Origin: a virus
Strand: one strand, 5' to 3'
IMG/VR virus record: IMGVR_UViG_3300045988_061090
DNA: 44,782 nt
Shown here: in pieces, positions 1 to 8,456 of the stretch
Position numbering within the stretch: position 1 is the stretch's first letter
Layout of the letters: every line of letters begins with the position of its first letter
The notes under the pieces: model-generated
Told to the model about the DNA's origin: nothing
The model's input: only the letters and a program-made list of their open reading frames with translations
Databases searched by the model: none
Program-made: the position numbers and the translations under genes

Positions 1-99
1 ACCTTACATCTGTTCTTCGCGGAGAAAGTGAATCAGAAGAAATAGTTGTTGAAGGTGTTGGAGATGGATGTAGTGAAGCAAGAACAATGAAAAAAAAAC
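1..99. repeat. Terminal direct repeat, copy 1 (identical to 44684..44782). Indicates a circular or permuted assembly.
   Basis: Reading both ends by eye, accttacatctgttcttcgcggagaaagtg...caatgaaaaaaaaac occurs at both termini. Confidence 0.9.
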
Positions 100-227
100 C
101 GTCCGAAAAAGATAGATTAAAAGCTGCTGATTTGATTCTGAAACGATTTGACAAGTCAGATGATGGCAAGAAAGACGCTCTTGCGAAGCTGGACGAAGTG
201 CTGAAAGAGATTGGCGGTGTTATCTAA
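1..227 (+). CDS. terS: Terminase small subunit, 3' portion. The gene wraps the circular junction and its 5' portion is 44467..44782.
   Basis: The frame is open from the window start to TAA 225-227. It is in phase with the ORF starting at GTG 44467 when the genome length is 44683. A TAATG overlap links it to terL. Confidence 0.8.
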   Translation, partial: LTSVLRGESESEEIVVEGVGDGCSEARTMKKKPSEKDRLKAADLILKRFDKSDDGKKDALAKLDEVLKEIGGVI

Positions 228-1414
228 TGCCATTTAGTGTAAAACAGAGAGAATACTTTGATAATGCTGATAGGCGTTGGAATTTCAAGACCGGTGCAAC
301 AAGGTCGGGCAAGACGTACATGGATTATTATGTTATTCCCAAACGTATACGCGCGAGAATCGGAAAGCCGGGACTTGCGGTAATTTTGGGAGTAACAAAA
401 TCTACCATAGAGCGTAATATCTTAGAGCCTATGCGGAACATCTGGGGAACTGACCTTGTGGGAGAGATAAACAGTCAGAATATTTGTTATCTGTTCGGAG
501 AGCGTGTTTATTGTTTGGGCGCGGAGAAAGTCAGTCAGGTATCAAAGTTACGTGGTAGTTCCATTAAATATGTATATGGCGACGAAGTGGCGGACTGGAA
601 CGAAGAAGTATTTGAAATGCTTAAATCCCGTCTGGACAAGCCGTATAGCTGTTTTGACGGGGCATTAAACCCACAAGGGCCGAACCACTGGTTAAAGGAG
701 TTTCTGGATAGCGATTTTGATATTTACTGCCAGAAGTATACTATCTTTGATAACCCGTTTTTGGATAAAAAGTTTGTTGAGAACCTCTGCAAAGAGTATG
801 AGGGGTCTGTATATTATAAACGGTACATTCTGGGCGAATGGGCGCTTGCAGAGGGGCTTGTATATCCGATGTTCAGTCGGGAAAAGAATGTTGTCGGCGG
901 AGAGGTAGAATACAAGCGAGGACATCAATACTATGTGTCTATTGACTACGGTACAGTCAACCCGTTTGCAGTCGGCATATTCGATTTTGACGGTAGGAGC
1001 AGCACAATGATTAAGGAGCTGCACTATTCTGGTAGAGATAGGGATAGGTTGGATAATGAGGGATATTACAGCAAACTGAAAACACTGATAGGAGATTTGC
1101 CTATTGAGTATATCGTTGTTGACCCGTCTGCTGCCGGATTTATTGAGACTATAAAGAAATACGGTAAATATATCGTAAAGGGCGCAAACAACGACGTACT
1201 GAACGGCATACAGGAAGTAACAAAGTATCTGAATTATGGCTTGCTAAAAATTCATGAAAGCTGCACGGAAACGCTGAAAGAGTTCCAGCAATATGCATGG
1301 GACGACAAGAAACCGAATGAGGACGCTGTGATTAAAGAAAACGATCATCATTGTGACCTTATACGGTACTACATATATACGGTGGCAAGGCAGTTGAATA
1401 GGTGGATTGTATAG
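227..1414 (+). CDS. terL: Terminase large subunit (PBSX/SPP1-like size class)
   Basis: 395 aa with a Walker A-like GATRSGKT near the N-terminus. It lies immediately after terS and upstream of the portal gene. Confidence 0.85.
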   Translation: MPFSVKQREYFDNADRRWNFKTGATRSGKTYMDYYVIPKRIRARIGKPGLAVILGVTKSTIERNILEPMRNIWGTDLVGEINSQNICYLFGERVYCLGAEKVSQVSKLRGSSIKYVYGDEVADWNEEVFEMLKSRLDKPYSCFDGALNPQGPNHWLKEFLDSDFDIYCQKYTIFDNPFLDKKFVENLCKEYEGSVYYKRYILGEWALAEGLVYPMFSREKNVVGGEVEYKRGHQYYVSIDYGTVNPFAVGIFDFDGRSSTMIKELHYSGRDRDRLDNEGYYSKLKTLIGDLPIEYIVVDPSAAGFIETIKKYGKYIVKGANNDVLNGIQEVTKYLNYGLLKIHESCTETLKEFQQYAWDDKKPNEDAVIKENDHHCDLIRYYIYTVARQLNRWIV

Positions 1415-1424
1415 GAGACAAGTT

Positions 1425-1763
1425 ATGTATATGGCATTAACCGAAGAACAAGCGAGAGGAATCAGAAAACTCGGAATTACAGTAATTGAATGGAAAAGGT
1501 GCATAAAGAAAAGTGTGAATGTGTTTACATACATCATGAACAAAGTCGTAGAAAAAGCAACACAAGCGTGGAACGCGATTAAAAACGCTATTGAAGAATT
1601 AACAGATGGATTATCTCTTGCTGTCGAAGAAATAAAAGAACGTTTTCAAGTTCCGGTGTCCCGGCGGTATAAGTTTGTAAAAATTCTTGGTGCAATGGGA
1701 TATGACAAACAGCGTGTATGGGCGCTGACAAGGCATACATGGCTTGCAAGAAGTAATTGTTAA
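1425..1763 (+). CDS. Hypothetical protein between terL and portal
   Basis: ORF-track frame 1407..1763. ATG 1425 sits 6 nt after AGGAGA (1413-1418). No recognisable motif. Confidence 0.5.
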   Translation: MYMALTEEQARGIRKLGITVIEWKRCIKKSVNVFTYIMNKVVEKATQAWNAIKNAIEELTDGLSLAVEEIKERFQVPVSRRYKFVKILGAMGYDKQRVWALTRHTWLARSNC

Positions 1764-1766
1764 GGA

Positions 1767-3215
1767 GTGAAGAAAGTGGGGCTGATAACATGGATAAAGG
1801 CGGTGTGGAATAAGTTGTTCAGGAAAGAGATAGAAGAACGGTTTCAGGCAGATATACAGCTTTCGTCTGTTATGGAATCGGCGATAAACAAATACTACAA
1901 TATTACAGCCGGAAAGCCGCCTTGGCTAGACCCGGACGATGACATTGAGAGCATTAACTTTGCCGGATACATTAACGACGTGACAGCCGGACTTGTGACG
2001 CTTGATCTTGGTATTGATATTTCAGGCGGCGAGCGCGCGGAGTATTTGCAAAAGCAGGCTGACTATGTACTGGCGGTTATTACAGACAAGGTTTCAGAGG
2101 CTCTCGGGAATTGCGGTATTATGTTCAAACCGAACGGAAATAACGTAGATTACATAGAGCCGGGAAACTTTGCACCAACAGAGACGGACAGCAACGGCAA
2201 TATTCTTGGGTGTGTGTTCCAGAGCCAGATAGACCGGGGAGACTGGTGTTATACTCGGCTAGAGTGGCACAGATTTGAAAGTGCTGCACTGGAGGACGGA
2301 ACAGAGGGAAAAGTATACCGTATTACAAATTATGCATACAAGGCAAGGGCCGGCAGAATGGCAACAAATCAGTTGAGCATAGGAAACCCGTGCGAACTGA
2401 AGGAAGTAAGAGAGTGGGCAAACATTGAGCCGGATATATCCTTACTGAATGTGGAAATGCCGTTATTTGCATACTTTAAAAATCCCGCGCCGAATCGCAT
2501 TGATCGGACAAGCCCTTTAGGTGTTCCAGTGTGGCATAATGCGCTGAAAGAGTTAAAAGACCTTGACATAGCGTGGAGCCGGAAGTCTGGCGAGGTTGAG
2601 GACAGTAAGCACATGACCTTTGTCGCGCAGGCGGCTATCCAATACGCAGATCAGCATGATGTTAAACTGCCGAGGTTTCTTCGGGGCTTGGAAATGGGGG
2701 TGGATGCAGATAGTACGGTACATGAGCATGTGTCTACTCTGCTCACAGATCAGCGTATCAAGGATATAAATTCTATCCTAGCTATGATTTCCACAAAATG
2801 TGGCTTCTCGCAGGGAATGTTCGTACTGGACGAAAAAACAGGCATGATGACTGCGACACAGGTAGAGGCGGACGATCAGGAGACAATCCGAACGATCAAA
2901 AATATCCGTGACGTTTTGCAGGACACAATCACGCAACTGCTATATGGTTGCAATGTTATGGCGGACTTGTACAGCGACACGCCGCCGGAACTATGGGAAA
3001 CGCTCAAAGAGGGTATGTCTTTCAGTTTTGGAGATATTACATACAACTATCAGGAGGATATGGCAAACTGGTGGAAATATAGGATTCAAGGCGATGTGCC
3101 GCCGTGGATGTATTATGTCAAATTTGAAAAAATGAGCGAGGAAGAAGCAAAGAAAATGGTTGAAGAAGCGCAGCCGAAAGAGGACACGCTTTTCAATAAA
3201 TTTCAAGAGGAATAA
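1767..3215 (+). CDS. Portal protein (SPP1 gp6-like)
   Basis: 482-aa ORF after the terminase genes, with the size and acidic C-terminus typical of portals. The start is uncertain: GTG 1767 abuts the RBS and GTG 1776 is better spaced. Confidence 0.75.
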   Translation: MKKVGLITWIKAVWNKLFRKEIEERFQADIQLSSVMESAINKYYNITAGKPPWLDPDDDIESINFAGYINDVTAGLVTLDLGIDISGGERAEYLQKQADYVLAVITDKVSEALGNCGIMFKPNGNNVDYIEPGNFAPTETDSNGNILGCVFQSQIDRGDWCYTRLEWHRFESAALEDGTEGKVYRITNYAYKARAGRMATNQLSIGNPCELKEVREWANIEPDISLLNVEMPLFAYFKNPAPNRIDRTSPLGVPVWHNALKELKDLDIAWSRKSGEVEDSKHMTFVAQAAIQYADQHDVKLPRFLRGLEMGVDADSTVHEHVSTLLTDQRIKDINSILAMISTKCGFSQGMFVLDEKTGMMTATQVEADDQETIRTIKNIRDVLQDTITQLLYGCNVMADLYSDTPPELWETLKEGMSFSFGDITYNYQEDMANWWKYRIQGDVPPWMYYVKFEKMSEEEAKKMVEEAQPKEDTLFNKFQEE

Positions 3216-3221
3216 AGGAGA

Positions 3222-3455
3222 ATGATTATGAAGAATAAAGAGTATTGGATTAACTGGGTAAAGGCAGCAGGAATAAGAGCTGTTAAGACAGTGGCGCAGT
3301 CGGCTATTGCAGCTATTGGCGCGTCTGCTATGATTTCAGAAGTTGATTGGGTAATGGTAGCGTCTACCGCTGTACTGGCAGGCGTGGTATCAATTCTGAC
3401 AAGCATTGCAGGACTGCCGGAAGTAAGCATACCGAAAATTGAAACGGAGGAATAG
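3222..3455 (+). CDS. Holin-like membrane protein (phiLC3 / Phage_holin_1-like)
   Basis: The pattern IRAVKTVAQSAIAAIGA...VDW...VVSILTSIAG resembles the lactococcal phiLC3/r1t holin family, as recalled from memory. It has two hydrophobic segments. ATG 3228 has better RBS spacing than ATG 3222. Confidence 0.55.
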   Translation: MIMKNKEYWINWVKAAGIRAVKTVAQSAIAAIGASAMISEVDWVMVASTAVLAGVVSILTSIAGLPEVSIPKIETEE

Positions 3456-3456
3456 G

Positions 3457-4671
3457 GTGTTAACACCAGAATACCTATACCGCATAACAGAAAATGCAGA
3501 GGATATTGCTTCTCAGCTCCATAAAAACATCATAGACAAGATTATAGCCCGTATGATGGCGAGAATCGGACGGGGCGAGGAATATCTTCTGACCGCAACG
3601 GACAAGTGGCAAATTGAAGTATTGCAGGAAGCAGGCTATCTCTTAGAGGACATACAGCAGGAGCTTTCCGACAAGACCAAAAAGCAAGTGCAGGAAATCA
3701 AAGAAGCTATGGAGGAAGCCGGGGTTATAGCTTTACAGTGGGACGATAAAATCTATCAGGCTGCCGGGCTGTCCCCTGTTCCCCTCTTGCAATCTCCGGC
3801 ACTTATGCGTATCATGCAGCGCAACTATGAAGCTACCGCTGGAGAATGGCGGAACTTTACGAAAACTACCGCGAACAAAGCACAGAGGCTTTTTATCAAT
3901 CAGATGGATAATGCCTATAATATGGTCGTTTCCGGGGCTGTATCGTACACAGAGGCGGTCAGGGATGTATTAAAAGAGGTATCAGACGCAGGGATGAAAG
4001 TAAACTATCCATCCGGTTATAAGATGAGTATAGAATCCGCAACAATGATGATTTTAAGAACAGGAATCAGTCAGGCGGCTGGCGATATTTCGATAGAACG
4101 TATGAAAGAAATGAACTGGGATATTATTCTTGTCAGCTCTCACTTGGGTGCGCGTGTCGGAGATGGCGGACAAAATCCGGGTAATCATAGTTGGTGGCAA
4201 GGGAAATTTTACAGCCGAAGCGGAAAAGATGAGCGTTTTCCTCCATTTTCGGAAACAGGATACGGAACCATTACAGGATTGTGTGGCGTGAATTGTAGAC
4301 ATTCTTTTGGGGCGGGCGACGGAGAAAATAACCCATTTGAGCAATACGACACAAAGGAAAATCAAAAAGTCTATGAGAAACAACAGAGGCAGCGGACACT
4401 TGAGCGTCGTGTACGCGATACCAAGCGGAAAATCCAGAATATGCAAACAGCGATTGATAATTGCAAAGACGAAAAGCTGAAATTTGAGTTACAGCAGGAT
4501 TTTGACAGAAAGTCATATCTGCTGAAAAAGCAGAACGCCGTGTATAAGAAATATTGTGAGGACAACAACCTAAAGCCATATGCGGAAAGATTGAAAATAG
4601 CGAAATGGGATAGGGAACAGGCTATGAAAGTGGCAGGAGCTGCAAGGAGGTATGAAAATGCGAAAAAATGA
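3457..4671 (+). CDS. Head morphogenesis / minor capsid protein (SPP1 gp7 / Mu F-like)
   Basis: GTG 3457 lies 6 nt after GGAGG. The motif GLCGVNCRHSF and the position after the portal gene fit this family. The C-terminus is basic and coiled-coil. Confidence 0.7.
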   Translation: MLTPEYLYRITENAEDIASQLHKNIIDKIIARMMARIGRGEEYLLTATDKWQIEVLQEAGYLLEDIQQELSDKTKKQVQEIKEAMEEAGVIALQWDDKIYQAAGLSPVPLLQSPALMRIMQRNYEATAGEWRNFTKTTANKAQRLFINQMDNAYNMVVSGAVSYTEAVRDVLKEVSDAGMKVNYPSGYKMSIESATMMILRTGISQAAGDISIERMKEMNWDIILVSSHLGARVGDGGQNPGNHSWWQGKFYSRSGKDERFPPFSETGYGTITGLCGVNCRHSFGAGDGENNPFEQYDTKENQKVYEKQQRQRTLERRVRDTKRKIQNMQTAIDNCKDEKLKFELQQDFDRKSYLLKKQNAVYKKYCEDNNLKPYAERLKIAKWDREQAMKVAGAARRYENAKK

Positions 4672-4769
4672 TGTTATTGAAATTGCTGAAATAGCAATAG
4701 TGGCATTAGCGTGTCCATTTGCTTTATTTGTGCCGCCATTTAACAATCTCACTAAAAAGGACAAGAACA

Positions 4770-5144
4770 ATGAACAGATGGAAACCATACAACCCTAACC
4801 CGCGTGCGTCCAATGTCGGAGATTGTACCGTCCGAGCAATCAGCAAAGCCTTAAATCAGGACTGGGAAACCACCTATGCCGGATTGTCTTTCATGGGATT
4901 CTCTTTGTCTGATATGCCATCTGCAAATCATGTGTGGGGCGCTTACCTGCGGCGGAACGGTTTTGCGCGGCACATCGTAGACGACCACGGACAGGATATA
5001 TACACCGTCCGGGATTTCTGCGAGGATAACCCGAAAGGAACGTACATACTGGCGATTGACGGGCATGTAGTGTGCGTACAGGACGGATATTACTATGACA
5101 CATGGGATTCAGGCGGCGAAATACCTATTTATTATTGGGAGTGA
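4770..5144 (+). CDS. Putative papain-fold cysteine peptidase-like protein
   Basis: 124 aa starting at ATG 4770. It shows ordered Cys (VGDCTVRAIS), His (DGHVVCV) and Asp (YYDTWDS) motifs. Confidence 0.45.
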   Translation: MNRWKPYNPNPRASNVGDCTVRAISKALNQDWETTYAGLSFMGFSLSDMPSANHVWGAYLRRNGFARHIVDDHGQDIYTVRDFCEDNPKGTYILAIDGHVVCVQDGYYYDTWDSGGEIPIYYWE

Positions 5145-5149
5145 TAAAT

Positions 5150-5353
5150 ATGGAAAGGTGCAGAACATGTAAACATTTTTCGGCTCTTATTGTGGTGCCG
5201 TCGGGAATTGGAGATTGCTTGTATTGCCAGAAAAATCATTGTATATATTGTAATCATTACGGAAGATATTGCAGAGATTACGAACAAGGGGAAAATGATG
5301 GGGGCAAATTGGCAGATGATTATGACGATGAAGATGAAGAAGCGGAGGGCTAA
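5150..5353 (+). CDS. Cys-rich mini-protein with acidic tail
   Basis: 67 aa reading MERCRTCKHF...CLYCQKNHCIYCNHYGRYC followed by DDYDDEDEEAEG. Confidence 0.55.
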   Translation: MERCRTCKHFSALIVVPSGIGDCLYCQKNHCIYCNHYGRYCRDYEQGENDGGKLADDYDDEDEEAEG

Positions 5354-5356
5354 CGC

Positions 5357-5689
5357 ATGGACGTAATGGACACTATACAGACAATACTTGCAATCTGCGG
5401 CGGTATCTCTGTTATTGGAGGGGCGGCTGCTGTTTTGTCTGGGGCATACAAAAAATATAAGAAGCCGACATCAGATCTTGAACGGCGGATTGAGGTCATA
5501 GAGACAGATATTAAGGACATTAAACAAAAACTGAACAATGATTATGAGAATATCAATGCGAACCGAAACGACATGAATCTTCTTATGCGTAGTATGTTTT
5601 GCCTGATAGAAAACAAGATAACAGGGAACAACATTGACGGTCTAAAAAAAACGAGAAACGAGCTTATAAACGCCTTGACCGAAAAATAA
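5357..5689 (+). CDS. Single-pass membrane protein with coiled-coil ectodomain
   Basis: The N-terminal hydrophobic segment is ILAICGGISVIGGAAAVLSGA, followed by charged heptad-like sequence. Confidence 0.55.
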   Translation: MDVMDTIQTILAICGGISVIGGAAAVLSGAYKKYKKPTSDLERRIEVIETDIKDIKQKLNNDYENINANRNDMNLLMRSMFCLIENKITGNNIDGLKKTRNELINALTEK

Positions 5690-5700
5690 GAGGTGGCGGA

Positions 5701-5901
5701 TTGAAGGTATATGATTTTACCGTGCCGGAACTGAATTATTTCCGTACATACTGTAATTTCACAAAGGATGAGAGTACGCTTTTTGAATATCGCGCTAGAA
5801 ATATTCCGCTTGAACAGTGTGCGGAACTGATGAATGTGAGTGTATCGACTATTAAGCGGTTGAGTAGGAAAGTGAATAATAAGATTATAAGGGTGTGTTG
5901 A
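5701..5901 (+). CDS. Sigma-70 region-4-like HTH protein (putative transcription activator)
   Basis: 66 aa with a TTG start. The segment LEQCAELMNVSVSTIKRLSRKV is a region-4 / LuxR-type HTH pattern. Confidence 0.5.
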   Translation: MKVYDFTVPELNYFRTYCNFTKDESTLFEYRARNIPLEQCAELMNVSVSTIKRLSRKVNNKIIRVC

Positions 5902-5904
5902 TGT

Positions 5905-5997
5905 ATGATAAAATCAAAATGCGTTAAATGTAAATATTGGGTAAGATATTTTAATTCAAACAAATGCTACTGTAAAAAAGGATATTGTTTTAAGTGA
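5905..5997 (+). CDS. Candidate 30-aa Cys-rich micro-ORF, below the ORF-track cutoff
   Basis: Hand translation gives MIKSKCVKCKYWVRYFNSNKCYCKKGYCFK. It shares a CxxCK[HY][FW]...CYC...C signature with the 5150..5353 product. Confidence 0.3.
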   Translation: MIKSKCVKCKYWVRYFNSNKCYCKKGYCFK

Positions 5998-6015
5998 TAC
6001 TTTCATGATACTTTT

Positions 6016-6050
6016 CAAGAACTTTGACGAACTGTCAGAGTTCTTTTTTT
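6016..6050 (+). terminator. Rho-independent terminator
   Basis: The stem pairs aagaactttgac with gtcagagttctt (6017-6028 / 6034-6045, imperfect) and is followed by a T7 run. Confidence 0.7.
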
Positions 6051-6092
6051 ATGCCTAAAATTAAGGTATAGAAACAGGAACGGAGGAAGATC

Positions 6093-6584
6093 ATGGCAGG
6101 CTATATGAACAATGGATATGGCGGATATGCACCAACACCATATTATAACCCGTTGCAGCCGCAAATGGACAGGCTGGCACAAATGCAGGCGCAGTATCAG
6201 CCGACACAACAGCCACAAGTGCCGCAGACAAATCAAGGTATTTTGTGGGTACAGGGAGAAGCAGGAGCAAAGTCCTATCTGGTGGCGCCGAATACAAGCG
6301 TGTTGCTCATGGATAGCGAGAATGAGCGGTTTTACATCAAGACAACAGATTCAGCCGGCATGCCAACGCTCCGAACGTTTGAGTATAAAGAAGCTGGTGT
6401 GAATGCGCCAGAGCCGCAGAAACAGCCTGAAATTAGTTTAGACGATAAATATGTCACCCGGCAGGAATACGACGATTTACGGGGCAAATATGAAGAACTA
6501 TATGGGCTTTTAGAGGCAGCAACAAAGCCGGCAGCAAATAATCACAGAAAGGGTGAGCAAAACAATGGGAAATCCTCTGTTTAA
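6093..6584 (+). CDS. Q/P/Y-rich N-terminus protein with a conserved beta-rich core, unknown function
   Basis: 163 aa with RBS GGAGGAAG. The N-terminus is low complexity, followed by GILWVQGEAGAKSYLVAPNTSVLLMDSENERFYIK. Confidence 0.6.
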   Translation: MAGYMNNGYGGYAPTPYYNPLQPQMDRLAQMQAQYQPTQQPQVPQTNQGILWVQGEAGAKSYLVAPNTSVLLMDSENERFYIKTTDSAGMPTLRTFEYKEAGVNAPEPQKQPEISLDDKYVTRQEYDDLRGKYEELYGLLEAATKPAANNHRKGEQNNGKSSV

Positions 6585-6786
6585 TATGTTGGGTGGCGGT
6601 ATGCCGCAGAATCCCATGAACAAAATGATTCAAGATTATAAGAAATTCCGTCAGGAGATGCAGGGCAAGAACCCGCAGGAAGAAATCAATAAAATGTTGC
6701 AGTCTGGGAAACTGAATCAAAATCAGCTCGACCAGATTCAGCAGAAAGCCCAGCAAATGAAGGGATTATTTAAAGGACTATTTTAG
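6565..6786 (+). CDS. Small Q/M/N-rich protein
   Basis: ATG 6565 follows an AAGGGTGAG RBS. 73 aa with helical Q-rich composition. Confidence 0.5.
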   Translation: MGNPLFNMLGGGMPQNPMNKMIQDYKKFRQEMQGKNPQEEINKMLQSGKLNQNQLDQIQQKAQQMKGLFKGLF

Positions 6787-6840
6787 TACATAAATCAATG
6801 CGCATGATTTTGTAAATATATTTTAAAGGAGTAAAAGACT

Positions 6841-7174
6841 ATGACAGACGGTTTAACTGCTTCTGACGTTGCTGTATTGACTGGCAACAATGGAAGAAAT
6901 AATGACGGCTGGGGTGGAGATGGCTGTTGGTGGATCATTCTCTTCCTCATTTTCGGAATGTTTGGCTGGGGCGGTTACGGCAACGGCTGGGGCGGAAATG
7001 GTGGAGCAAATTCTCCAGCGTTCCAAGGCTATGCGACACGTGCTGATCTCGATGCAGCGCTGTCCACACAAGGAATCGAAAGCGGAATCCAGAATATTTC
7101 TACACAGCTTTGTAATGGATTCGCTGGTATAAATTCCAATATCTCTAATCTGGGGTATCAGCTTCAGCAGTGCT
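6841..7174 (+). CDS. Gly/Trp/Cys-rich membrane protein, exon 1. The predicted spliced product is 220 aa.
   Basis: The ORF starts after a GGAG RBS. A TM segment is flanked by GW/GY/GN repeats. The predicted 5' splice site lies after T7174 (see the intron feature). Confidence 0.65.
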
Positions 7175-8456
7175 TAAATAGGTTCAAAAAAGCCATAATG
7201 AATCTGTTTACGAAAAAAGTAAACGCAGTAGGCACTTACGCATAGTAATATGCGTTGGCAATCGGGAGAATTGCTGGAAAGTCTAAGTACACATATTTAC
7301 TTTCGCATTATTTTAATGTATAATTAAAATATAAATTGCGGAGGTAAACTATAATATGTATTATGTATATGAATGGTTTATAAAAGAAACTGGGGAAGTT
7401 ATATATGTTGGCAAAGGAACACATAATCGGTATAAAGTAAGAAAGCATAATAGATTCTTTAATGACATGATAAAGCGATTTGATTGCGATAGTCGCATAA
7501 TCAAAGAGTTTGAAGATGAAAAAGCTGCTTTTGAGTATGAATATGACAGAATAAATGAATTACGTCTAACTGGACAGTGTGTATGCAATATATATAATGG
7601 TGGAACCGGAGGTACAACTTCTTGGTGGGATGATAATAGGCGAAAATGGTATTCGGAACATAATACCATGAAATCGGAAAGACAGAGAAAAAGAATGTCT
7701 GAGAAAAATCCCATGAAAGACAAAAAAGTAAGCAACCATGTAAATTCAAAAAAACGCAGATTGGTGATTATTAATGAAAAAGAATATGAATCGGTCAAAG
7801 CGGCAATGAAAGAATATGGCGTAGCTTACGGAACTATAAAAAAATGGTGCGAAAAAGGAATAAATCCAAGTGGAGAAAAATGTAGATATAAGGACTCTAC
7901 ACAAGCTGTGTTTGACGGAAAAAGATATAATAAAGGCGGATGTAGACCGTTGCTATATAGAGGAGAAACATTTGAGAGTCCGATAGATTTAGCAAAAATT
8001 TTAGGAATACATCATTCTACGATTTGCAAATGGGCTAAACGAGGATTTGACCCAGACGGAAACGAATGTAGGTATCTTGATGACACACAAAAGCACATTT
8101 TTAAAAGATGGGTCAACGGAGAAACAATAAAGAAACCTATTTGGGTAAATGGAGTTTGGTATCCATCAAAGGCAGAAGCCGAGAAACAGCTTGGATTGTC
8201 AAAAGGATATTTAGCACCATATATAGCAGGAACCAGGAAAAACAAAAAATACATTTGTGTATATGATAATCAGCAGCCGAGCCAGACGAAATCCGATAAT
8301 AGTAGTCTGGAAGGTTCAACGACTAACGAGTGAGGACGGAAACCAATAATCTCGACACGAGTACCCGACTCCTATTTTATAGGATGAAGATATAGTCTGA
8401 ACTGCCGAGGAAACCGGCAGAAGTATAGGATAAAGAGCCTATACGTTAACATGATG
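7175..8456 (+). mobile_element. Group I intron (1282 nt) carrying a GIY-YIG homing endonuclease ORF
   Basis: A P-like element AATTGCTGGAAAG lies at 7269-7281, an R-like CCCGACT at 8364-8370 and an S-like AAGATATAGTC at 8387-8397. Hairpins occupy 8370-8384, 8402-8420 and 8423-8444. P1 pairs exon agtgcT (7169-7174) with Ggcact (7231-7236), giving a U.G pair at the splice site. P10 pairs cgcagt (7224-7229) with exon-2 gctgtg (8457-8462). The terminal G is G8456. Confidence 0.75.
7356..8333 (+). CDS. GIY-YIG homing endonuclease
   Basis: The N-terminus YVYEW...GEVIYVGKG...R...N matches the GIY-YIG motif. Three repeated HTH-like DNA-binding modules follow (YESVKAAMKEYGV.., FESPIDLAKILGI.., YPSKAEAEKQLGL..). 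The gene is AT-rich relative to its flanks. Confidence 0.85.
   Translation: MYYVYEWFIKETGEVIYVGKGTHNRYKVRKHNRFFNDMIKRFDCDSRIIKEFEDEKAAFEYEYDRINELRLTGQCVCNIYNGGTGGTTSWWDDNRRKWYSEHNTMKSERQRKRMSEKNPMKDKKVSNHVNSKKRRLVIINEKEYESVKAAMKEYGVAYGTIKKWCEKGINPSGEKCRYKDSTQAVFDGKRYNKGGCRPLLYRGETFESPIDLAKILGIHHSTICKWAKRGFDPDGNECRYLDDTQKHIFKRWVNGETIKKPIWVNGVWYPSKAEAEKQLGLSKGYLAPYIAGTRKNKKYICVYDNQQPSQTKSDNSSLEGSTTNE

Noticed and set aside
5931-5946. Third copy of the late-promoter motif (AAATATTGGGTAAGAT)
   Set aside because: It matches only about 12 of 15 positions and contains an indel. It lacks the GGTAAAAT element at the right spacing and lies inside the candidate micro-ORF upstream of a terminator.
6112-6402. 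96-aa alternative-frame ORF overlapping 6093..6584
   Set aside because: It is in a different frame of the same strand. Its Arg/Cys/His-rich composition is typical of an off-frame reading, and the main frame has the RBS and a conserved-looking core.
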